A stretch of 64,000 nucleotides of DNA. Source: an uncultured Ignavibacteriaceae bacterium. Lineage in GTDB: Bacteria; Bacteroidota; Ignavibacteria; Tepidaquicellales; Tepidaquicellaceae. Positions 26,501 to 34,544 of the stretch are shown in pieces. The stretch is from contig CAZLOL010000001.1 of the NCBI GenBank assembly GCA_964561045.1, positions 23,450 through 87,449 of the forward strand. The letters are read 5' to 3'. The notes beneath the pieces were generated by a model, which had not been told where the DNA came from, did no database searches, and saw only the letters and a program-made list of their open reading frames with translations. The translations under genes and the position numbers were made by a program. Position 1 is the stretch's first letter, and each line of letters opens with the position of its first letter.

Positions 26501-27780
26501 AGGAACAGATCGAAAAATATTTTGACAGATTATGGCCGCTGAACAGAAGCCTGACGGGCAATGGAAACCGTGAGACACTAAAAATATTATCAGAGTTAGC
26601 AGATATAAAGATCACAGAAGTCCCGTCAGGAACTGAATGCTTTGACTGGACAGTTCCTCCTGAATGGAATGTAAAAGAAGCCTGGATAAAGGACAGCAAT
26701 GGAAATATAATAGCAGATTTCAGTGCTAACAATTTGCAACTGCTTGGATATTCTGAAAAATTCTCAGGACATTTAAGTTTGAATGAGTTAAAAGAGCATC
26801 TGTATTCTTTGCCGGAACAGCCCGAAGTAATTCCATATCTTACCTCTTATTATAAAAAGCGATGGGGATTTTGCATTAGTCATAATCAGCTTATTAAATT
26901 AAAGGAAGGAACTTATGAAGTATTAATCGATTCTGAATTAGATCAGGATGGATCTATGACAATTGGTGAAGCAATTCTGGATGGAGACACAGACAAAGAA
27001 ATTTTATTATCCACTTATATATGCCATCCATCAATGGCAAACAATGAACTCTCCGGACCATTGACCGCTTCATTTATTTACAAAAAATTAAAAGAAAAGA
27101 AAAACAGAAGATATACTTACAGAATACTTTATGTTCCTGAAACCATCGGCAGCATTTATTATTTATCCAGGCACGGAGATCATTTGAAAAAAAAATTAGC
27201 AGCAGGATTTGTAATAACTTGTGCGGGTGACAAAGGTAATTTCACTTACAAGAAGAGCAGATCCGGAAATACAGTAACAGACAGAGCTTCAGAGCTGATC
27301 TTGAAAGAGACGGAAAGAAATTATAACATTGAAGATTTTTTTCCTACCGGCAGTGATGAAAGGCAGTATTGTTCACCAGGATTTAATCTCCCTGTCGGGT
27401 CATTAATGAGAACAAGATACGGAAAGTATAAAGAATATCACACTTCTGCCGATAATAAAGAATTTATTTCTTTCAAAGCAATGGAGGAATCAGTTTATAA
27501 GTATCTTGAAATATTAGATTTAATTGAAAATAATTTTACATACATCAACAGACTGCCTCACTGTGAACCTCAGCTTGGGAAGCGAGGACTTTATCCTACA
27601 TTAGGTTCGCAAAAAGATACTGCTGAATTTGTAAATGCCTTAATGTGGGTATTGAATTTAACAGACGGTTCAAATGATCTTATAGATATTTCAAACAGAA
27701 GCAGCATACCAGTTAAAGTTATGATCAAAGCTGCGGAAGGGCTGCTGAGTAGCGGACTAATTGAAATCAAATCTGAATAA
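26497..27780 (+). CDS. Aminopeptidase-like (M28-related) domain protein, DUF4910/COG4310-like
   Basis: TTGA start/stop overlap. Motifs YFDRLWPLNRSLTGNGNRETL, EVPSGTECFDWTVPPEWN and ICHPSMANNELSGP. Confidence 0.5.
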   Translation: MKEQIEKYFDRLWPLNRSLTGNGNRETLKILSELADIKITEVPSGTECFDWTVPPEWNVKEAWIKDSNGNIIADFSANNLQLLGYSEKFSGHLSLNELKEHLYSLPEQPEVIPYLTSYYKKRWGFCISHNQLIKLKEGTYEVLIDSELDQDGSMTIGEAILDGDTDKEILLSTYICHPSMANNELSGPLTASFIYKKLKEKKNRRYTYRILYVPETIGSIYYLSRHGDHLKKKLAAGFVITCAGDKGNFTYKKSRSGNTVTDRASELILKETERNYNIEDFFPTGSDERQYCSPGFNLPVGSLMRTRYGKYKEYHTSADNKEFISFKAMEESVYKYLEILDLIENNFTYINRLPHCEPQLGKRGLYPTLGSQKDTAEFVNALMWVLNLTDGSNDLIDISNRSSIPVKVMIKAAEGLLSSGLIEIKSE

Positions 27781-27791
27781 ATGAAATTGCA

Positions 27792-28781
27792 GTGGTAAAA
27801 TATTTAATCACAGGATCATCGGGATTTGTAGGGAAGAATTTTTTAGAATATCTGAATGATAATACATCAGATACTTCCGTACTTGGAATTGACATTGCTG
27901 AAACTGAGTACAATACGAAGGAATACAGTAATCTTAAGTTTAAATTTGTAAGAGCTGATTTAAGAGAGAGGGACAAGGTCAGCAAGCTTATTTATGATTT
28001 CAATCCGAAATATATACTTCATCTTGCTTCATACAGCAGTGTAGCAGGAAGCTGGAGAAATCCAAACAATTGTTTCCAGAATAATGTGAATATCTTTTTA
28101 AATCTACTTGAAGATATAAGAAAGACCGGTACTGACTGCAGAATTATTTCTGTAGGTTCTTCGGATGTATACGGGATCGTAAAATTTTCAGAACTGCCGA
28201 TAAGGGAAGAGCAGTGTTTGAATCCATTGAGTCCTTTTGGAATCGCCAGACAAAGCCAGGAATTACTTTCACAACTGTATTCTAATATATACGGAATGGA
28301 CATAGTAATTACAAGATCATTTAATCATATAGGTCCCGGTCAGAATGAGAGTTTTGCAATATCATCTTTTGCAAAACAGATAATGGATTTAAAAAGAAAT
28401 AACGGAAATGAATTCATAGTAACAGGAGATGTATCCGTAGTAAGGGATTTCATTGATGTCAGGGATGTGGTTAGGGCATATCATCAGTTATTTTTAAAAG
28501 GTAAAAGAGGTGAGATCTATAATGTATGCAGCGGTTGTGGAATTTCCCTGCACAATATAATACAGATGCTTTGTGAAATTATGGACATCAGATTCAGCAT
28601 CAGGGAAGATAAAAAATTAAGAAGACCGGCGGATATACCTGTGATTGTGGGATGCAATGACAAGTTAAAGAAACAGACAAGCTGGACAAACGAAATAATG
28701 CTTGAGGACAGCCTGAGAGATATTCTGAAATATTATTTAAACCGTGATATTAAAGTCAAGAAGCCAGTGTACAGAAATTAA
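27792..28781 (+). CDS. Extended SDR (NAD-dependent epimerase/dehydratase fold) with non-canonical active-site residues
   Basis: GTG start. The fold motifs ITGSSGFVGKNF, VGSSDVYG and RSFNHIGPGQ are present. However, the YxxxK position reads SPFGIARQ (cct ttt gga atc gcc aga). Confidence 0.75.
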   Translation: MVKYLITGSSGFVGKNFLEYLNDNTSDTSVLGIDIAETEYNTKEYSNLKFKFVRADLRERDKVSKLIYDFNPKYILHLASYSSVAGSWRNPNNCFQNNVNIFLNLLEDIRKTGTDCRIISVGSSDVYGIVKFSELPIREEQCLNPLSPFGIARQSQELLSQLYSNIYGMDIVITRSFNHIGPGQNESFAISSFAKQIMDLKRNNGNEFIVTGDVSVVRDFIDVRDVVRAYHQLFLKGKRGEIYNVCSGCGISLHNIIQMLCEIMDIRFSIREDKKLRRPADIPVIVGCNDKLKKQTSWTNEIMLEDSLRDILKYYLNRDIKVKKPVYRN

Positions 28782-28816
28782 TTTTCAAATTTTATATTTA
28801 GATTAGGATCGACTTT

Positions 28817-29537
28817 ATGAGCGTCGTTATAAAAGCAGAAAATATATCAAAACTTTACAGACTTGGGATTCTTTCTTCAAGAACCATTGCTCAGGATGTT
28901 AATCGTTTTATTGCGAGGATTAGAGGTAAGGAAGATCCTTATTTGAAAGTTGGTGAAATAAATAACAGAGAAAAAAAAAGCAGCGGTCAGTTTATATGGG
29001 CATTAAAGGACATTAATTTTAAAATTAATTCAGGTGAAATAATCGGTATAATCGGAAAAAACGGAGCTGGTAAATCAACATTATTAAAGATCTTATCTAG
29101 AGTTACAACACCGACAACAGGTAATGTCAGAATCAAAGGAAGAGTTGCAAGTCTACTGGAAGTTGGAACCGGCTTTCATCAGGACCTTAGCGGAAAAGAA
29201 AATATATTTCTGAACGGTTCAATACTTGGCATGACAAAAAATGAAATAAAGTCAAAGTATGATGAGATAGTTGAGTTCTCCGGTGTGGAAAAATTTATTG
29301 ATACACCTGTAAAAAGATATTCATCAGGAATGTATGTAAGGCTTGCATTTGCAGTTGCAGCATATTTAGAACCGGAGATATTAATAGTTGATGAAGTATT
29401 AGCCGTAGGCGATGCAGAGTTTCAAAAAAAATGTCTTGGGAAAATGCACGATGTGTCAGCTAAGGAAGGAAGGACGGTAATTTTTGTAAGCCATAATATG
29501 GGAGCAGTCAGGAGTCTTTGCACTTCATCAATTTTAC
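28817..29537 (+). repeat. Paralogous wzt NBD-coding segment, copy 2 of 3 (end approximate)
   Basis: Nucleotide-identical runs with copy 1, and a protein colinear with copies 1 and 3. Confidence 0.7.
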
Positions 29538-30109
29538 TTGAAAGAGGGATGATAAAGAACATCGGGAATACAGAAAGTATAATAACTGAATATCTTAATA
29601 TAAGTTCGGAAAACTTTGAAGCATACAGAGAATTCAATGATCAGAATTCAGAGACTTACTTTAAAAAAATATCAGTGAAACCTGAAAATTCAAACTTTGC
29701 ATGCAGTGAAATAGAAGTATTGAAATCATTTAATGTTGAATTTAATTATTTTCTGAAAAAAAATATTCCCGGTCTAAGTCTTGGATTTTCAATTTATTCA
29801 AAGAACGGAATGAAAATACTTTACGACTCACAGGCAGTTAAAAAGCTTTCAGGAGATGCGGAAAACAGATCCGGATATTTCACAGCGGAAGTAACAATTC
29901 CGGGCATGTTTCTTGCACCCGGCAGTTATTTCATTAATGCAGCACTTCATATAGAAAATGTGCAGCTTCTTGATTTTAAAGAAAATGTAATAAGTTTCAA
30001 CATTATTGAAAGCGGCTCACAGCTTCAAAAATTCAGCGGAAAAGATATGGGTGTAATCATAGCTGATTTCAAATGGAGAAGTATAAATGAAAACATTACA
30101 ACTAACTAA
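28817..30109 (+). CDS. wzt: Wzt/TagH-type ABC exporter ATP-binding protein with distinct C-terminal domain, copy 2 (no adjacent permease)
   Basis: Motifs MSVVIKAENISKLYRLG, GKNGAGKST, YSSGMYVRLAFAVAA, ILIVDEVLAVGDAEFQKKCLGK and FVSHN. The C-terminal ~180 aa are unlike those of copies 1 and 3. Confidence 0.9.
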   Translation: MSVVIKAENISKLYRLGILSSRTIAQDVNRFIARIRGKEDPYLKVGEINNREKKSSGQFIWALKDINFKINSGEIIGIIGKNGAGKSTLLKILSRVTTPTTGNVRIKGRVASLLEVGTGFHQDLSGKENIFLNGSILGMTKNEIKSKYDEIVEFSGVEKFIDTPVKRYSSGMYVRLAFAVAAYLEPEILIVDEVLAVGDAEFQKKCLGKMHDVSAKEGRTVIFVSHNMGAVRSLCTSSILLERGMIKNIGNTESIITEYLNISSENFEAYREFNDQNSETYFKKISVKPENSNFACSEIEVLKSFNVEFNYFLKKNIPGLSLGFSIYSKNGMKILYDSQAVKKLSGDAENRSGYFTAEVTIPGMFLAPGSYFINAALHIENVQLLDFKENVISFNIIESGSQLQKFSGKDMGVIIADFKWRSINENITTN

Positions 30110-31180
30110 GTGATAAAGATATTCATAAGTTTTGATTATTACGGAGCAGGAAATATTGGAGATGATCTGATGCTGGACGGATTTTTGAAAGAAATGAAAT
30201 CTTCTAATTTTGAATTTTACTGTTCACTTCCAAGAGATCCATATTCGCAGAAAATAAGGTTTCCTGAAATAAATTTCGTAAGCAGTGAAGACCGGGTTGA
30301 AGCAGCTAATCTTTGCAATATCTGGATCGGGATCGGAGATACTCCAATTCAGGTCAAATCAGGAAACTGGTTTCTGGATCATTTGCTAAAAGATTCAGAG
30401 CTTAAAAAGGGAAAGAAAATAAAATATTATTTTATCGGAATAGGTGCTGAATCTGAAGCCGTTTCGGAAAAAGCAAATTACAAAATCGTTCTGGATGAAA
30501 TAGATCACATATGGACAAGAGATAAAGCAACGACTGATACTTTAATAAATGGGATCGGCATAAGTGCTGAAAGAATTACAACTTCATCTGATTTGGCAAA
30601 TATATCTTTAAGTAATATATACCTAAGCAGAGCAAGAAATGAAAAAAACAAATATGATATTGGAATGTGTTATTTTGATGAAAATGCTGAATCCGTAAAT
30701 TTGGATGCAGTAAAGATATTTTTAAAAAATGCTGTTAGGAATAGCAAAAGAGTTCTTGCTTTCGGAAATGAAGTCAGAGAAAAAGGAAAGTATGAATACA
30801 GAATCTATATGAATATGTTTACAAGGCTTGAAAGATTATTTGGAGGTGTAAAATATTATCAGCCTGATTATTACAACCTGAATAATGTTTCAGATCTTGT
30901 CCGGCATTACTCAACATGTGAAGTAATAATGACATCAAGATTTCATTCATTATTAACTGCAGCTTGGGCTGGCTGTAAAGTAGTTGCTCTTGAGCGCTCT
31001 TCAAAAGTAACTGCATTGGCGGAAGACTTAGGCATTAAAGAAGTTAAAAAACCATTTACTGCTGAAAAATTAATGCAGTCTTATAATGAATCTGCCGTAA
31101 TAGATATAAACATTCTCAAAAGATTTCATGAGCAGGCTGTGCGCAGTACAGAAAGTTTGAAAAAACATATATTCAGTTAA
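30110..31180 (+). CDS. Polysaccharide pyruvyl transferase family protein (CsaB/WcaK-like)
   Basis: The GTG start abuts the wzt copy 2 stop. Motifs FDYYGAGNIGDDLMLDGF and IMTSRFHSLLTAAWAGCKVVAL. Confidence 0.6.
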   Translation: MIKIFISFDYYGAGNIGDDLMLDGFLKEMKSSNFEFYCSLPRDPYSQKIRFPEINFVSSEDRVEAANLCNIWIGIGDTPIQVKSGNWFLDHLLKDSELKKGKKIKYYFIGIGAESEAVSEKANYKIVLDEIDHIWTRDKATTDTLINGIGISAERITTSSDLANISLSNIYLSRARNEKNKYDIGMCYFDENAESVNLDAVKIFLKNAVRNSKRVLAFGNEVREKGKYEYRIYMNMFTRLERLFGGVKYYQPDYYNLNNVSDLVRHYSTCEVIMTSRFHSLLTAAWAGCKVVALERSSKVTALAEDLGIKEVKKPFTAEKLMQSYNESAVIDINILKRFHEQAVRSTESLKKHIFS

Positions 31181-31219
31181 AATACATCCAGAGAAAAAAT
31201 TAATTTATTTATTTATACA

Positions 31220-32401
31220 TTGATCAGAGATGTAAAAATATTCATCAGGGAATTTCTTAAAGATATTTTAAATAAATATTTTAGGAGAAAATCAATTTTT
31301 ACAAAAAAGAATACTTTACTGATAGTAAGAATAGATGCCATTGGCGATTATATATTGTTCAGGAATTTCATAAAAGTTATTAAAGAATCTGAAAGATTCA
31401 AAAATTACAGTATAACATTATTAGGTAATAAAATCTGGAAAGATCTTGCTGAAGAACTTGACAAAAAATATATAGATAAATTTATCTGGATTGATGTTAA
31501 TAATTTTTTTAAAAATTCAGAATGGGCACAAACTTATTCTGTCTTATTTAAATTACATTATTTCGGTTTTGAAACAATATTGATCCCTAAAGATACGCGG
31601 AACTGGAGAAGTGAATTTATTGCTGATCATGCAGGAGCTAAGAATATACTTATGGATGAAAATAATTCATTCATTCCCGAAAACGAATCCGGTAATGTAT
31701 TAGATAATTCCCATAAAGGATCATTAAGTAATCATCAATCTTTATTATTTCAGTTTAACAGAAATAAGTATTTTACTGAGAAATTGATCAGAAGCAGTGT
31801 TCACATTCAAAAGCCATTTATTGAGGATGTAAGACCGGAAAAATTAAATGGTAATTTAAGGAGAGATTATATAGTAGTATTTCCGGGAGCGAGTGATATA
31901 AAAAAAATGTGGTCAGCGGAAAATTTCGGAATTCTTTGTAAAAAAATTAATGAAGTTTATAATATAAGTATATTGATCTGCGGAAGTGAATCTGATAAAG
32001 CTGCGGCAAAAAAAATAATGGAAATAGCAGGAATTCAAAACATAGAAGATAAAACAAGAGACGGAAGCTTATCTGAACTTGTAACCTTAATATCAAATGC
32101 AAAATTATTAATAACAAATGATACTTGTGCCCTTCATATAGGAGCAGCATTAAATACAAAAACAATCTGTATAACCAACGGTCTACATTTCGGAAGATTT
32201 CATCCTTATCCTGAAGATATGTCGGATTTTGTAAGGACATTGTATCCCGATAAAGATCTTATCATAAACGGGAACTTTGAATATCTTGCGAGAAAATTTC
32301 ATTTAAGCTCTGATCTTGATATAAATCTAATTTCCCCTGACGAGGTTTTTTATTCTGTCAGAGAATTCTTACAAACAGAAAGCGCAATTCAATTTGGATA
32401 A
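31220..32401 (+). CDS. Glycosyltransferase family 9 (heptosyltransferase-like)
   Basis: TTG start. Motifs LLIVRIDAIGDYILF, VVFPGASDIKKMWSAENF and LISNAKLLITNDTCALHIGAALNTKTICI. Confidence 0.7.
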   Translation: MIRDVKIFIREFLKDILNKYFRRKSIFTKKNTLLIVRIDAIGDYILFRNFIKVIKESERFKNYSITLLGNKIWKDLAEELDKKYIDKFIWIDVNNFFKNSEWAQTYSVLFKLHYFGFETILIPKDTRNWRSEFIADHAGAKNILMDENNSFIPENESGNVLDNSHKGSLSNHQSLLFQFNRNKYFTEKLIRSSVHIQKPFIEDVRPEKLNGNLRRDYIVVFPGASDIKKMWSAENFGILCKKINEVYNISILICGSESDKAAAKKIMEIAGIQNIEDKTRDGSLSELVTLISNAKLLITNDTCALHIGAALNTKTICITNGLHFGRFHPYPEDMSDFVRTLYPDKDLIINGNFEYLARKFHLSSDLDINLISPDEVFYSVREFLQTESAIQFG

Positions 32402-32425
32402 AATGAAAAAAGTACAGAAAAAGAA

Positions 32426-33146
32426 ATGAGCGTAGTTATAAGAGCAGAGAACATTTCTAAACTTTACAGGTTAGGGATAATAACCTCAAAGTCCATAGCA
32501 CAGGATCTAAACCGGTTTATTGCCAGGATAAGAGGAAAAGAAGATCCTTATTTAAAAGTTGGACAGTTAAATGAAAGAGATAAGAAAACCGAAGGTCAGT
32601 TTGTCTGGGCGCTGAAAGATATAAATTTCGAAGTTCTGGACGGTGAGATTCTTGGGATCATAGGAAATAACGGAGCAGGTAAATCGACATTATTAAAAAT
32701 ATTATCACGAGTTTCATCGCCTACTACAGGTGATATTAAAATAAAAGGGAGAGTAGCAAGCCTTCTGGAAGTTGGCACGGGATTTCATCCTGAGCTTACC
32801 GGTACAGAGAATATATTCCTTAACGGATCAATCCTTGGAATGACAAGAAATGAAATAAAAAAAAAATTCGATGAGATAGTGGACTTTTCTGGAGTTGAGA
32901 AATTTATAGACACACCCGTAAAAAGATATTCATCGGGAATGCATGTACGGCTGGCGTTTGCTGTTGCAGCTCATCTTGATCCTGAAATACTTATTGTAGA
33001 TGAAGTGCTTGCCGTCGGTGATGCGGAATTTCAGAAGAAATGTCTTGGAAAGATTCAGGATGTTTCGAGTAAAGACGGGAGAACAGTTTTGTTTGTGAGT
33101 CATAATATGGCTGTATTGTCAAATTTATGTTCATCTGTAATCGTAC
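32426..33146 (+). repeat. Paralogous wzt NBD-coding segment, copy 3 of 3 (end approximate; most diverged at third codon positions)
   Basis: The protein is colinear with copies 1 and 2, but the nucleotide similarity is visibly lower. Confidence 0.6.
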
Positions 33147-33715
33147 TTAAAAACGGGATGATTGATTTTCCAAAAGGACAGGCTAAAGAAGGGATTCAGT
33201 TTTATTTAACTGACAGAAAAGAAAAAACTAAAATATCGCTGAGAGACAGAAAAGACAGGAAGGGGGATGGAAAGATAAGGCTTACACATTTTGAAATATT
33301 GAACTCCGATAATATAAATCTAGAAACAACGATCTCAGGGCAGCATATAAAGTTCAGGATCATGTATGAATGTGTAGATAATCCAAACCCGAAAAATATT
33401 AGTACTGCACTTTCAATTACACGTTCAGATGGATTTCTTGTAACTGTCTTAAGCAATGAAATTTCCTCTGCTCAATTCCCATCAATTCCACAGAAGGGAA
33501 GTTTTATTTGTACTCTCGATAAGCTGCCGTTAACTTCAGGTAATTATTTAATTAATTTAATAGTACATCAGAATAACATAATACAGGACTGGATACAGGA
33601 AGCGGCATTTTTCAATGTTGAGGACGGAGATTTTTATAATACCGGAAAGATAGTTCCTTCAACTCATAGAAGTATTTTACTGGAACAGCAATGGCAAACG
33701 GAGGCAATAAATTAA
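32426..33715 (+). CDS. wzt: Wzt/TagH-type ABC exporter ATP-binding protein with distinct C-terminal domain, copy 3 (no adjacent permease)
   Basis: Motifs MSVVIRAENISKLYRLG, GNNGAGKST, YSSGMHVRLAFAVAA, ILIVDEVLAVGDAEFQKKCLGK and FVSHN. The C-terminal domain is divergent (RKGDGKIRLTHFEILNSD...). Confidence 0.9.
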   Translation: MSVVIRAENISKLYRLGIITSKSIAQDLNRFIARIRGKEDPYLKVGQLNERDKKTEGQFVWALKDINFEVLDGEILGIIGNNGAGKSTLLKILSRVSSPTTGDIKIKGRVASLLEVGTGFHPELTGTENIFLNGSILGMTRNEIKKKFDEIVDFSGVEKFIDTPVKRYSSGMHVRLAFAVAAHLDPEILIVDEVLAVGDAEFQKKCLGKIQDVSSKDGRTVLFVSHNMAVLSNLCSSVIVLKNGMIDFPKGQAKEGIQFYLTDRKEKTKISLRDRKDRKGDGKIRLTHFEILNSDNINLETTISGQHIKFRIMYECVDNPNPKNISTALSITRSDGFLVTVLSNEISSAQFPSIPQKGSFICTLDKLPLTSGNYLINLIVHQNNIIQDWIQEAAFFNVEDGDFYNTGKIVPSTHRSILLEQQWQTEAIN

Positions 33716-33718
33716 TTT

Positions 33719-34471
33719 ATGATCAAAAAAAAAATAAATGATTTCCTTTCGCTGTTCGGAGTTGGCATTTTCCGTCTGAAGAAACCCGAACTTGGGAAAA
33801 ACGGGAATTTGTCTAAGAAAGCGAAGTGGAGTGATTTTGAGATTAAATCTCCGTTAGATCATAATACATCTGAGAGAATGAATGATTTTTTTTCAGATTC
33901 AAGGATGCTGGAACAATATCTGGGAGAGGAAAGGATTGATTTTTACCTAGAGATAGTCGGAATAGTAAAAGAATTTAATATTGATCTGAATAATAAGGAT
34001 GCAATAGATGTCGGAACCGGTACGGGACATTTGTTATCTTTTTTCCATGAGAATTATAATTTTAGAAGTATAACAGGAGTTGATTTTTCTGAATCTGCCA
34101 TTGAAGTAGCAAAAAAAACCCTTCCGGAAGGTAAGTTTTTTGTACATGATCTCTATCAGAAATTAGAAAAAAAATATGATCTGATATTATGCACGGAGGT
34201 CATTGAGCATTTACTTTACCCGGATCTTGCTTTAAGAAATATCATTGATATGATGAGCAAGGATTCAATATGTCTGATAACTGTACCAAACGGCAGGACT
34301 GATCAGTATGAAGGACATATTAATTTCTGGAGTCCGGAAAGCTGGGAGGTTTTTATCAGAAATAACTGCAAGGGACTTTCAGTCAGGACGGGTACCATAA
34401 AAGATGGGAAAAATAATTATGCTATAATCTGCAACAGAGAAATAAGTAAGACAACCAATAAAGATATATGA
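33719..34471 (+). CDS. Class I SAM-dependent methyltransferase
   Basis: Motif I is AIDVGTGTGHLL, followed by DLILCTEVIEHL. It starts 3 nt after the wzt copy 3 stop. Confidence 0.8.
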   Translation: MIKKKINDFLSLFGVGIFRLKKPELGKNGNLSKKAKWSDFEIKSPLDHNTSERMNDFFSDSRMLEQYLGEERIDFYLEIVGIVKEFNIDLNNKDAIDVGTGTGHLLSFFHENYNFRSITGVDFSESAIEVAKKTLPEGKFFVHDLYQKLEKKYDLILCTEVIEHLLYPDLALRNIIDMMSKDSICLITVPNGRTDQYEGHINFWSPESWEVFIRNNCKGLSVRTGTIKDGKNNYAIICNREISKTTNKDI

Positions 34472-34544
34472 TAAAATTTATTACAATAATTATTCACATT
34501 AATACACTTAAAATTTTTAAAACAATTCATATTTCCGGAGAAAC

